A DNA stretch of 64,000 nt from a virus, in IMG/VR virus record IMGVR_UViG_3300017917_003446, positions 1 through 64,000 of that record, one strand, 5' to 3'. This document shows positions 29,647 through 39,638 of the stretch, one piece after another. The first letter of the stretch is position 1, and each line of letters opens with the position of its first letter. The position numbers were made by a program, and so were the translations under genes. Under the pieces are notes generated by a model. That model saw only the letters and a program-made list of their open reading frames with translations. It was not told the DNA's origin and made no database searches.

Positions 29647-31587
29647 ATGTCAATTTTTAATAGCAACGTTAAATCCAATGTTAATGTAGGTACCGCTGCT
29701 AACGACGGTACAGGTGATCCGCTGAGAGATGCTTTCGAAAAAGTAAATAATAATTTCTTTGATTTATATGTATTTTTAGGCAATGGCACACACCTAGGCA
29801 ACGTCACTAGAATAAATATTTTAGGTGGAAATTTAACAGGTGTAGCTAATATTTCAACAGCTAATACCATTTTTACTGGTAATTTAAGTACACCTGCAAT
29901 TTTTCATAATTCCGGTACAGTTGATATAAAAAATAATTTAAATATAACAGGTGAACTTGATATAGATGGCGGCGCAATTACATTTAGTACCACTCAAGCT
30001 AATATTGCTTCTTCGCCCACAACTGTTAGATTGGGTGCAGCAGCTACAACTTTAAACTTAGGTGCTGCAACTGGTACCACTACTGTAAGAAATGATTTAA
30101 GTATTACAGGTAGCGTGTTGGGTAATATAAATGCTGGTAATATTTCTGTTACTACTGCAGTTGCCACAAGAGGCGATATTGGAGGATTGAATTTATTGTC
30201 AGGCAATATTGCTGGTGCTACAGGTTATTTCACTGGTAATATTGTAGTTTTAGGTAATGTTATTTCTGGTAATTTGTCTGGCACGGATGCTAGATTTGTT
30301 ACTTCTACATTTACTTCAAATGTGAATACAGGTAATACTTCTGGCACTGATGCTAGATTTGTTACTGCTACATTTACATCTAATGTTTCAACTGGTAATA
30401 TAACTACGTCTGCTATAAATGCATCTAGAGGAAATATAGGCGGTCTTTCATTAGTATCAGGAAATATTTCTGGTACCACTGCTTATTTTACTGGAAATAT
30501 TGTTGCTGGAAATTTAGTTTCATCAGGTGTGTTAACCATTATAGGCACACAAGAAATAACAGGAAACATAACTGCTTATAATTTGAATTTAGAGGGTGCT
30601 CCACAGCAAGGTGGATCTGTAGTAGTTAGCCAGCAAGGTAGATTTGCTGGCAATGTAAATGTCGGTAATCTTATAGTTTCGGGTAGTATTACTACAGGTT
30701 CTGGTGCTGGATTGTCTGGAGATATATCAGCAGGTAATTTATCTCTAACAGGGTCGTTTTTAACTGGTAATATTAGTAATGCAGTTAATTTTCCCAATAC
30801 AACAGTAACTGCTGGAAGTTATGGCAATTCTTCACATCATATAGGTCTAGTTATTGATGCTAAAGGTAGAATAACTTCTGCAAATACTATTGCATTATCT
30901 GCAGGGCCAACAGGTCCTCAAGGTGCTACTGGTCCTCAGGGCGCAACAGGTACCCAAGGCGCAATCGGTGCTCAAGGAGCTACAGGACCAACAGGACCTC
31001 AAGGTGCTACTGGTCCTCAAGGCGCAACAGGTACCCAAGGCGCAACCGGTGCTCAAGGTGCAGCAGGATCATCTCCGACAGGTCCTCAAGGTGCTACTGG
31101 GCCTCAAGGTGCAACAGGTACCCAAGGAGCTCAGGGTGCAGATTCAACATCCAATTTATTACTTAATATATCATTGGGTGTTGGTACACCTGCTTCAGGC
31201 ACACAAGGCGAGATTAGAGCAACTGATAATATTACAGCATATTATTCAGATAGGCGATTAAAAGATATTAAAGGCCCTATAAAAAATGCTTTAAACAAAG
31301 TTATGTCTTTAACCGGTGTTGAATTTACACAAAATAAGTTTGCTGAAGAATTTGGATATCACGATTATCGACAACAAGTAGGTGTTATTGCTCAGGAAGT
31401 AGAACAAGTGTTACCTGAAGTTGTTAAGGTCGCACCGTTTGATATGGATTTAGCTGGGAATAGTAAATCAGGTAATAAATACTTAACAGTTCAGTATGAG
31501 AAAATTGTTCCTTTGTTAATTGAAGCCATTAAAGAACTAAATAATCTAATAAAAGATTTGGAACAAAAAATAGGAAAAGAAAAATGA
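29647..31587 (+). CDS. Tail fibre: baseplate-anchor N-terminus, collagen repeat, S74 intramolecular chaperone
   Basis: NVGT.ANDGTGDPLR.AF.KVN.NF; GXY run; YYSD.RLK...GVIAQEV..VLPE.V...YEKIVPLLIEAIKEL. Confidence 0.88.
   Translation: MSIFNSNVKSNVNVGTAANDGTGDPLRDAFEKVNNNFFDLYVFLGNGTHLGNVTRINILGGNLTGVANISTANTIFTGNLSTPAIFHNSGTVDIKNNLNITGELDIDGGAITFSTTQANIASSPTTVRLGAAATTLNLGAATGTTTVRNDLSITGSVLGNINAGNISVTTAVATRGDIGGLNLLSGNIAGATGYFTGNIVVLGNVISGNLSGTDARFVTSTFTSNVNTGNTSGTDARFVTATFTSNVSTGNITTSAINASRGNIGGLSLVSGNISGTTAYFTGNIVAGNLVSSGVLTIIGTQEITGNITAYNLNLEGAPQQGGSVVVSQQGRFAGNVNVGNLIVSGSITTGSGAGLSGDISAGNLSLTGSFLTGNISNAVNFPNTTVTAGSYGNSSHHIGLVIDAKGRITSANTIALSAGPTGPQGATGPQGATGTQGAIGAQGATGPTGPQGATGPQGATGTQGATGAQGAAGSSPTGPQGATGPQGATGTQGAQGADSTSNLLLNISLGVGTPASGTQGEIRATDNITAYYSDRRLKDIKGPIKNALNKVMSLTGVEFTQNKFAEEFGYHDYRQQVGVIAQEVEQVLPEVVKVAPFDMDLAGNSKSGNKYLTVQYEKIVPLLIEAIKELNNLIKDLEQKIGKEK
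30904..31143 (+). repeat. Collagen-like Gly-X-Y repeat (GPT/GPQ/GAT/GAQ)
   Basis: Degenerate 9-nt periodic repeats with one GSSPT interruption. Confidence 0.95.
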
Positions 31588-32579
31588 TAGAATACAAATA
31601 TGAGATATTTTCATTGTATGCTTCTCTTTCTCAAGATGGTTTGAATAATGTTGTGAAACGTGTAACATGGAAAATAACCGCTAAAGAAGATCAATTTGCG
31701 GTAGATCGTTATTTTGATTCCTATTTAACACCGCCAGATCCCAATAATTTTTCTAATTATGATGATTTAACTATGGAACAAGTTTTAGAATGGGTTAAGG
31801 AACCTATTAATTTGGAAGAATTGTATGCAAATATGGCAAATGCTTTGGCTGATGCAAAAGATCCTACAAGAGTAATAGAAAAAGAGTTACCTTGGAGTAT
31901 TGAAAATATATATGATATCAATGATAAGTATATTTTAATACACAATAATAAATTAGAATATGGACCAATAACCTGGCATAGTAACCTTTTTAATGGCCGT
32001 TTAAATCAGTTAGGGGTATCTTTTGTTTTTGATGATGATATTACAGTAAGGCGCCAAAGACTTGTTCCTATAAATACTCCTACAATTATAGATGAAAACA
32101 CAAAAATTTATAAGGCAGAGTTACTAAACGAACAACCCGAAGAAAGTTATTATACGAAAAATGGTGATATCGTGTGGGACTTTTCATCAGGTGTAGCAGT
32201 CGGAACTTATATTGCAGTTGATCGGGAAATTTCAGAGATAAAGAATACTCTTATAAACGTTATTGAGAGATATCGCGATCAAAAAGAAATGGATGGGTTT
32301 ACGGTAACTGTACAAGGTAGTGAATATAAAATTTGGTCGGGTCCAGTCTCAAGACTTAATTTGTTGGAAAAATACAATTTAATGAATGAATCAGAAACTT
32401 GCGTGTGGAAATTTATGGGAAATAAATGGGCTACATTGAACAAGTCCGAATTGTTAACTTTGTATCATTTGATTATGGATTATATCAGAGATCTTAATAC
32501 TTGGGAACATGACAAAACATTAGAAATACGTAATGCTGAAACTGTGGATCAACTAAGAACCATTGCACTAGAGGATTAA
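31584..32579 (+). CDS. Probable tail fibre assembly chaperone (DUF4376-like C-terminus)
   Basis: DP.NF..Y..LT.EQVL.WV; WKF..N.W..L...EL; I.NAET...L..I; follows the fibre gene. Confidence 0.65.
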   Translation: MIEYKYEIFSLYASLSQDGLNNVVKRVTWKITAKEDQFAVDRYFDSYLTPPDPNNFSNYDDLTMEQVLEWVKEPINLEELYANMANALADAKDPTRVIEKELPWSIENIYDINDKYILIHNNKLEYGPITWHSNLFNGRLNQLGVSFVFDDDITVRRQRLVPINTPTIIDENTKIYKAELLNEQPEESYYTKNGDIVWDFSSGVAVGTYIAVDREISEIKNTLINVIERYRDQKEMDGFTVTVQGSEYKIWSGPVSRLNLLEKYNLMNESETCVWKFMGNKWATLNKSELLTLYHLIMDYIRDLNTWEHDKTLEIRNAETVDQLRTIALED

Positions 32580-32581
32580 CT

Positions 32582-33754
32582 ATGACCATTGTTGCATCTG
32601 GAGAAATTTCACTTGGAGGTAATGCTACGGTTACAAGAAGTGTAGCTTGTGAACTTGGCAGAAGTGGAACTGGTGCTATTTGTATGGATGAGTCTGCCGT
32701 TAGGACCTTGGCAGGACAAACAACTGCCGCCTCAGCTATTTGTATGAATAATTTTTATAGTAAATCAGACGCTGTTCCTACTGCTTTTGGACAATTCGTA
32801 AAGGGGGGTTATTATGCAGGTGTAGCATTTAATAACTGTTGTGCTTATTATCTTTTTATAGCTCCTAATGCTTCGGGGTGTGCTTGTTGCCAATGGAAAA
32901 CTACCGCCACACTTACCAATAATTGTTCCAATTCATCTTGTAACTATGATAATGGTTACTGGAATACCTTTACCTATTTAAATAATGCTGATCATCCTGC
33001 TGGTAATTGGACCGCAACTAGAACTATTGGTGGTTTTACCGATTGGTATTTGCCTTCTAGAAATGAATTACATACCATATATCAATGTAGCTTTGGTTTG
33101 CCAGCAGGAGAAGGATTTGCATCTACAACAAGCTACTTTACTAGTTCAGAAAGCGACAGCAATGTCAATAATGCTTTTATTAAGCAGATGAATAGCACTT
33201 TTCCCGCCTATTCTTCCAATAAGTCCGGTTCCTTGAATATCCGTGCTGTCCGGAGAACTGCATTTACTCCTGCAGCGCCCACCAGCATTGGACAACCAAT
33301 TTATGGAGGATTTTACATGGCGACCATTAGTTCCCCAGCGAACTATTATCTTATCTTAGCTCCCAATGCTTTAGGATGTACTTGTTGTACATATAAAACT
33401 TCCTCCTCCCTTGATAATTTGTGTTCCAATGCAACTTGTAACACACTTAATGGTTACTGGAATACCTATACCTATTTAAACAATACTAATTATCCTGCTG
33501 GTAACTGGGCAGCAACTAGGAATATGAATGGTTTTACCGATTGGTATTTACCTTCCAGAGCTGAATTAAGACAGATTTACGATTTTAAAGGTTCGTTACC
33601 AGTAAATGAAGGATTTCCAGTAGCCAGTTATCTTTCTAGTACGGAGGTTAGTGATTTCACCGCCTGCGCAGTGGGTATGACGAACGGCACCTGCGGAGGT
33701 GTTGGTAAAGGCACTGCCTGTAGAATTCGTGTCGTCCGGAGAGTCCCCTTTTAA
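32582..33754 (+). CDS. Fibre-tip adhesin with two tandem C-type-lectin-fold (DUF1566-like) domains; DGR-target-like
   Basis: N-terminal SG.ISL...VR.LAG...FY.KS module; two GG.Y...GFTDWYLPSR.EL...Y.(T/S)S(S/T)E...IR.VRR domains; 19 Cys. Confidence 0.75.
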   Translation: MTIVASGEISLGGNATVTRSVACELGRSGTGAICMDESAVRTLAGQTTAASAICMNNFYSKSDAVPTAFGQFVKGGYYAGVAFNNCCAYYLFIAPNASGCACCQWKTTATLTNNCSNSSCNYDNGYWNTFTYLNNADHPAGNWTATRTIGGFTDWYLPSRNELHTIYQCSFGLPAGEGFASTTSYFTSSESDSNVNNAFIKQMNSTFPAYSSNKSGSLNIRAVRRTAFTPAAPTSIGQPIYGGFYMATISSPANYYLILAPNALGCTCCTYKTSSSLDNLCSNATCNTLNGYWNTYTYLNNTNYPAGNWAATRNMNGFTDWYLPSRAELRQIYDFKGSLPVNEGFPVASYLSSTEVSDFTACAVGMTNGTCGGVGKGTACRIRVVRRVPF

Positions 33755-33889
33755 TTATTTTTCTTATTTAATCATTTTTAATTGTGGCACAGTAAAACAT
33801 ATAATCAACAAAAACAAACACAAAAATTTTACAAAAAGTATGGTATAAAATTCTACTAAGAAATTACTAAAGTTATGAGGTGACTAATT

Positions 33890-34501
33890 ATGAACATTAT
33901 TCAAGTTTTTTCCACACCTGTTTGGAATTCTGCTCTTCCAGATTTTGAAAACCATAAGCAATCTTTTATAGATTGTGTACATGAGTTTCGCAAGAAATAC
34001 GAAACTGGTATTTCAAAATCAAACATCAACGGTTATCAATCTCCTATGATACTTACAAGAGAACCAGAAATGGCTCCTCTTTTTGAATATGTTTGCCAAA
34101 TTGGAATGAAGGCAATATTTGATTTACAACTAGTGGATTGCGATGTATATCTTTCTGCAGCATGGGTAAATTTTAATGAAAACCGAAATCATTACAATAT
34201 TGAGCATGTGCATACAGACACATTTTCCGGCGTATTTTATCTACAAATACCAGAAAAATCAGGAAAATTATCCTTGACAAATCCTGGTCTCAATCCTTTA
34301 TGGCAAGGTGCTCTATTAACCGACACCAAAAATAAGTTTAATGCTGATAGATTAAGAATTGAACCGGAAGAAGGACAAATTTTCGTATGGCCATCTTATC
34401 TTTCTCATGCTGTTGAGCCAAATGATCATGATGAAACTAGAATATCTATTTCTTTTAATATAATTTGTGTTCCTAAGGGGCATGTTGACAATACTAAGTA
34501 A
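33890..34501 (+). CDS. 2OG-Fe(II) oxygenase (TIGR02466-like)
   Basis: HVH...SGVFYL; P.EG....WPSYL.H.V.PN....RISISFN. Confidence 0.88.
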   Translation: MNIIQVFSTPVWNSALPDFENHKQSFIDCVHEFRKKYETGISKSNINGYQSPMILTREPEMAPLFEYVCQIGMKAIFDLQLVDCDVYLSAAWVNFNENRNHYNIEHVHTDTFSGVFYLQIPEKSGKLSLTNPGLNPLWQGALLTDTKNKFNADRLRIEPEEGQIFVWPSYLSHAVEPNDHDETRISISFNIICVPKGHVDNTK

Positions 34502-34503
34502 TA

Positions 34504-35223
34504 ATGTTTTTACATCAAATTTTTATTAACGACAAAGGTAATTTGCCGACACAATTCCCACTTTATACAGAATTTTGCACAAATGAATTAAGAAGAATTT
34601 ATTTTGATTGGGAATATAAAATTTGGTCAAACGAAGAAATTAAAAAATTTCTTCGTAACAATTTTGAAGATATAGTTTTTAAGACATATGAAAAAATAAA
34701 ACCTTATTCTTATAAATCTGATTTAGCTAGATATTGCATACTTAAAATCTATGGTGGTCTTTATGTAGATTTAAATACTAGGTTTATTAATCGTATACAA
34801 CATGATGAAAATATTCTTTTTGCTTTTAGAGATTACAGTTTAACACAAAGACGAGGATGGTATGTTTCTACCTCTATTATATATTCTGCTGCAAACAATA
34901 ATATCTTAAATACTTGTACAGACATTTTGATAGATAACGTAAATAAAAATTATTATGGAAATTCTCCTTTAGATGTAACTGGACCAGGTGTACTAGGTAA
35001 AGCTATTATTCTAAATGACAGAAGTTTATCTGATATTAGTGGAGAATTACATTGTCTTACTCCATTGCATGAAAATAAAACATTAGCGTTTATTCAAGAT
35101 GGAGGAAATATAGTTGCATTTAGAAAACCAAATGCTCCCGGTGATCTAACTTTTTTTGGTTTCTCAGGGGTAAATAACTATAAAACTATGTGGGAAAGAG
35201 AAGACATTTATTATGATACCTAA
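34504..35223 (+). CDS. GT32/OCH1-like glycosyltransferase
   Basis: SDLARYCIL..YGGLYVD; TGPGVLG. Confidence 0.85.
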   Translation: MFLHQIFINDKGNLPTQFPLYTEFCTNELRRIYFDWEYKIWSNEEIKKFLRNNFEDIVFKTYEKIKPYSYKSDLARYCILKIYGGLYVDLNTRFINRIQHDENILFAFRDYSLTQRRGWYVSTSIIYSAANNNILNTCTDILIDNVNKNYYGNSPLDVTGPGVLGKAIILNDRSLSDISGELHCLTPLHENKTLAFIQDGGNIVAFRKPNAPGDLTFFGFSGVNNYKTMWEREDIYYDT

Positions 35224-36100
35224 AATAATTCATCATATTGCTCCAGAAAACAAAAATACTTGGCATCCTTTTTGGCATAAATGCTATGATTCTTGGAAAG
35301 AACAGTTTCCAGATTACAAATTTATATTATGGGACGATAAGAATGATATTGATGATTTAGTTAAAACACATTACAAAGTACATTGGAATTTATACAATGC
35401 TTTTCCTTTTCATATAATGCGTATTGATTTTGCGAGACTTTGTATACTGCATAAACATGGTGGAATTTATGCGGATATGGATGTATTTTGTTACAAAAAT
35501 TTTCAACATATTTTAACTAAAGAAGCATATTTTTTGGAAAATTTAACAAACGAGTATACTAGCGCTTGTGTGGAAAATAGTTTACTAGCATCAATATCTA
35601 ACAATAGATTGTTAGAGGAAATTTTGAGATATATCAAAGCATGTTATTTAAATTTTAAAAATTCTTTTCAAACCAATTCGGTAGATTGGAGATCAGCTGC
35701 TAATGCTTTTTTTGTTAACAATACTACCGGTTCAGGTATGCTTGATGTGGCATTCAATCATTATAAAAAATATTTTGATATAGATGTATTTAACTGTGAA
35801 TTATTCAATAATCGCCCTTCTTCTTACGATAAAAAATTTTACACCAAGCATGTTCATACCTCTATTTGGGGTGATGAATATAATAAAAGTAAATTACCTA
35901 ATATAATGTTGTTAGATGGTTGTATGTACAATATAGATACTATTGATGATAATAATCTTCAAATTTTAAAACAAGATTTTAAAGATGTTTTGATTTTGCC
36001 CAATGAAAGCTTTGACTTTTTTAAAGATTACACAAACGGAGTATATTTGAATGAAAACAATCTACATCAAATTAAAAAAATTGTAAGTAAAAAACATTAA
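35213..36100 (+). CDS. GT32 (DXD) glycosyltransferase
   Basis: IPKIIH; DFARL.ILH.HGGIYADMD. Confidence 0.88.
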   Translation: MIPKIIHHIAPENKNTWHPFWHKCYDSWKEQFPDYKFILWDDKNDIDDLVKTHYKVHWNLYNAFPFHIMRIDFARLCILHKHGGIYADMDVFCYKNFQHILTKEAYFLENLTNEYTSACVENSLLASISNNRLLEEILRYIKACYLNFKNSFQTNSVDWRSAANAFFVNNTTGSGMLDVAFNHYKKYFDIDVFNCELFNNRPSSYDKKFYTKHVHTSIWGDEYNKSKLPNIMLLDGCMYNIDTIDDNNLQILKQDFKDVLILPNESFDFFKDYTNGVYLNENNLHQIKKIVSKKH

Positions 36101-36957
36101 TGATACCTAAAATACTACATCAAACCGCTCCAACTAATAAGGATAATTGGCATCCGCTTTGGCATAAATGCCAACAATCATGGCTAACACATTTTAGAGA
36201 TTTTGAATACCGTCTGTGGAACGATGAAGAAATAGATTCGTTAGTTCAAAAAGAATATCCACAATATTGGGAAATGTATAATAACTTTACTATTCATATA
36301 TTAAAAATAGATTTTGTTCGTTTTTGCTTTATGCACAAATATGGTGGAATTTATGCAGACATGGATTACTTTTGTTATTCTAATTTTTATAATGAACTAA
36401 TCGAAAATATCTATTTGGTAGAAAATCCGCTTGGTAATGATCCAATAGAAAATTCTTTAATGTGTTCAGAGCCAAATCATCCTTTCTGGATTGAATGTAT
36501 GGATTTGGTTGTGGAAAGATACAATTATTATAATAAAAAATTTCCTCATAGACTTCAAGATTTAAAATTAATAAGTTTAGATTTAGAAAAAGGGTTACGA
36601 TTAAGACCTTGGTTAGTTTTTGGTATTACTGGAACAAATTTAATTTCAAGCCAGGCTAGGCTTACAAACCTCACCATTTATACTTTGCCATCAATTTTTT
36701 ATAATAATAATGATATGTCTTATAATGAGCAATATAGAGCTAAGCATATACACACGGGCTTATGGGGAAAAGAATCAATAGCAGTATTTTATTATGATGA
36801 AAAACATATAAAAACATTAAGAAATATCCCTTTAGATGAATTTTGTTTTTATACTGATTATAGCAACGGCAATTACCTAACATCTTGTTATAATGATTTT
36901 GATAAAAATAACTCCGATGAAAAAATTAATTTAGCTAGTGATTACGAATATAAATGA
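36100..36957 (+). CDS. GT32 (DXD) glycosyltransferase, paralogue of the preceding gene
   Basis: IPKILHQT; DFVRF....YGGIYADMD; HPFW. Confidence 0.88.
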   Translation: MIPKILHQTAPTNKDNWHPLWHKCQQSWLTHFRDFEYRLWNDEEIDSLVQKEYPQYWEMYNNFTIHILKIDFVRFCFMHKYGGIYADMDYFCYSNFYNELIENIYLVENPLGNDPIENSLMCSEPNHPFWIECMDLVVERYNYYNKKFPHRLQDLKLISLDLEKGLRLRPWLVFGITGTNLISSQARLTNLTIYTLPSIFYNNNDMSYNEQYRAKHIHTGLWGKESIAVFYYDEKHIKTLRNIPLDEFCFYTDYSNGNYLTSCYNDFDKNNSDEKINLASDYEYK

Positions 36958-37832
36958 ATGATATTACTTTAGTATGTATTGATACTGTTACACACGAATT
37001 GGCAAAAAAAGCAATAGAAAAATCTTTAGAAAATATAGTTCCTAAAGAAGTAAAAATTTTTAGTGATAAAAACTTTTTTGCCGACGGACAGTGGATAAAA
37101 ATTAACCCGTTGGATCGCAATGAATATAGTGAATTTTGCTTGAAACATCTTTATAAACATATTGATACTGATTTTGTTCTAATGATACAAAATGATGGCA
37201 TGGCTACTAATAAAAACTTTTGGTCAAACGATTTTTTAAATTATGATTATATCGGCGCACCATGGCCAGAAAATATTTTTATTAGTTTTTCCGGAGTCGG
37301 AAATGGAGGATTTAGTTTAAGAAGTAAAAAATTACTATACGAATTACAAAATGAAAATGTGGTCTATCAGGCAAAACAAAATAAAAATGAAATTTGGGAC
37401 ACCACAGGCGAAGATTATGTAATTTGTGTAGAATATAAAAACTATTTACAAAAAATAGGAATTAAATTTGCTCCAATAAGCATCGCAGAAAATTTTAGTC
37501 ATGAATTTGAACCGGAAAAGAAAAATACTTTTGGTTTTCACGGTAAATTTAATGTTCCCCATTATCTATCAGAAAATGAAATAGAAAACTTTATTAAATT
37601 ACTTAAAATACGTTACGATAAAACTTATACAATAATGGTACTAGAATTAATACGTCTTGAAAAATATGAATTAGCCAAGTTAGCTATAGATTTGGGTAGA
37701 TATGAAAATGTTTGGGATATTTTCTTTTCTAAGCAAATATCTTATTATAATGTACTAAAACAATGTTGTAAAAATATAAACTTCTATGGTGAATTTACTA
37801 ATAATATTTTAGAAAAAATAAAAAATGTCTAA
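36954..37832 (+). CDS. DUF5672-like putative glycosyltransferase
   Basis: L.IQ.DG; FL.YDYIGAPW; VGNGGFSLRSK; ED; FGFHG. Confidence 0.75.
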   Translation: MNDITLVCIDTVTHELAKKAIEKSLENIVPKEVKIFSDKNFFADGQWIKINPLDRNEYSEFCLKHLYKHIDTDFVLMIQNDGMATNKNFWSNDFLNYDYIGAPWPENIFISFSGVGNGGFSLRSKKLLYELQNENVVYQAKQNKNEIWDTTGEDYVICVEYKNYLQKIGIKFAPISIAENFSHEFEPEKKNTFGFHGKFNVPHYLSENEIENFIKLLKIRYDKTYTIMVLELIRLEKYELAKLAIDLGRYENVWDIFFSKQISYYNVLKQCCKNINFYGEFTNNILEKIKNV

Positions 37833-38814
37833 CAAAAACTTGATACTTAATAAGATGGTAAATTTGGATTATTCACCTAAATGGGAATTTAGAGATAAAA
37901 ACATTACACTTATAAAACTTCTTGACTCATTAAAAATAAAAAAATGGAATAAGGAACAAGTAAATAATCTTCTCTTTGTTGGATTGGGCGGCATAGGTGA
38001 TGAATTTATTTTTAGTCGTTATGGAAAAATACTAAAAGAATATGCTATTACATTGGATTATACAAGTACAAACGGTTTGGAGTATATTATTAATCAGATA
38101 CCTCACTTTAACGAGGTATGGAATGTGCAATATACACCACATTGTTTTGAAATAGACAACGATTATAATATCAATAAATTTAAAAAATATGATGCTTGGT
38201 ATTCACCTTTTTTTGAAATGGACAGTAATAATAATGGTGTGGTAAAATGTTTAGACAGCGAATGGACAGAACAATATCTTTTTAACCTGCCCGAGTACGA
38301 CAGAAAATGGGAGCATCTTACACGCACCGATAAACCTAAAATTGGAATTCGTTTCGCAGGAAATTTTCGTACGGACACTTATCTCGGAAGAACATTACCC
38401 ATTGAAAAAATAGTAAATTTATTTGATGAAAAATACGAATTATTTTCTTTACAGTGCATGGAAGGATTGGAAAAATCTCAAGAATTAGGTCTAATAACTT
38501 TAGAAAATGAAATAAAAAATTGGTATGATACCTTTTCTTTTTTAAAATGCCTAGATGTTGTAATCACAAGTTGTAGTAGTGTAGCTCATGCCTCTGCTAT
38601 TCTTGATGTAAAAACTTTTGTTTTAGTCCCATATAATTCATATTTTATTTGGAAAGAATGTGATAACAATAATCATTATTCCTCTTGGTATGATAAAAAT
38701 GTAATATGTCTTAGACAACATAAAAAAGGAGATTGGTCTTATCCATTGCAACAAATTAAACAATATTTAGGCCTTTCAGATAATAACAAGAAATCTGTTT
38801 TTAACTATGTATAA
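37825..38814 (+). CDS. GT-B/GT9-like glycosyltransferase
   Basis: G.GD...F.RY; KIGI..AGN; SLQ; LDVVITSCSSVAH. Confidence 0.75.
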   Translation: MSNKNLILNKMVNLDYSPKWEFRDKNITLIKLLDSLKIKKWNKEQVNNLLFVGLGGIGDEFIFSRYGKILKEYAITLDYTSTNGLEYIINQIPHFNEVWNVQYTPHCFEIDNDYNINKFKKYDAWYSPFFEMDSNNNGVVKCLDSEWTEQYLFNLPEYDRKWEHLTRTDKPKIGIRFAGNFRTDTYLGRTLPIEKIVNLFDEKYELFSLQCMEGLEKSQELGLITLENEIKNWYDTFSFLKCLDVVITSCSSVAHASAILDVKTFVLVPYNSYFIWKECDNNNHYSSWYDKNVICLRQHKKGDWSYPLQQIKQYLGLSDNNKKSVFNYV

Positions 38815-38828
38815 TCGTCTCTAAAATA

Positions 38829-39638
38829 ATGAATCTAATTTGTTTTTATCATGTTTGGCCAATACGAGGTTGGGAGTTATTATATCAGCAACAAATAATG
38901 GCTTTATATACCAGTGGTTTATATAATCATCTAAAAACTATCTATGTTTGTTGTAATGGCAATATTAATCTCCCCTTTGAAAATCCAAAGATAATTCAAA
39001 GATATAACAAGAATTTTACAAATGAAAGTGATACTTTATATTCAATGTGGCAATTAAGTAACTTAGATAAAACAGCAAAAATACTTTATATACATACTAA
39101 AGGTATTAGTTATCAACTTCATCATCTTAGAAAAAATGTTGATGCTTGGAGATTGTATTTAGAATTTTACAATATACATAAGTGGAAAGACTGTGTGGAA
39201 AAATTAAATGAGTATGATATTGTGGGAACTGAATGGTCAAATTTTCCTTTAACTTATACATCTAAAGATAAACTAATTAATTTGTCTAACAACGCAGGAA
39301 TATACTTAGGTAATTTTTGGTGGGCAAATGCAAAATATATTTCAAGCTTAGATAAAGATTATTTGTTTGATTATAGTGCATCTCATAAAATTGAAGGTAT
39401 AAATATGGAAGAAAAATATAATCCGAGCGAAAACGATAAAACACGAATTCTTAGGCATAATAGTGAACTTTGGCTTGGTACAAATTCACCTAAATATTTT
39501 AGTTTTAGAAATTTAAATGAAACGCTTCTTGAAATTACACCTCATAAAAATAGTGACCCAACTTTTAAATTCCTACATAATAAATACAATGTAGGTTATG
39601 ATACTAATGCTTTAAATTGTTTGGAAACTTTTTTATGA
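38829..39638 (+). CDS. Uncharacterised protein, possibly glycosyltransferase-like
   Basis: ILYIHTKG and GNFWWA motifs; glycosyltransferase context. Confidence 0.55.
   Translation: MNLICFYHVWPIRGWELLYQQQIMALYTSGLYNHLKTIYVCCNGNINLPFENPKIIQRYNKNFTNESDTLYSMWQLSNLDKTAKILYIHTKGISYQLHHLRKNVDAWRLYLEFYNIHKWKDCVEKLNEYDIVGTEWSNFPLTYTSKDKLINLSNNAGIYLGNFWWANAKYISSLDKDYLFDYSASHKIEGINMEEKYNPSENDKTRILRHNSELWLGTNSPKYFSFRNLNETLLEITPHKNSDPTFKFLHNKYNVGYDTNALNCLETFL

Noticed and set aside
33755-33889. A-rich spacer as the DGR template repeat
   Set aside because: Does not align to either variable region and lacks GTCCGGAGA; no RT gene in the window
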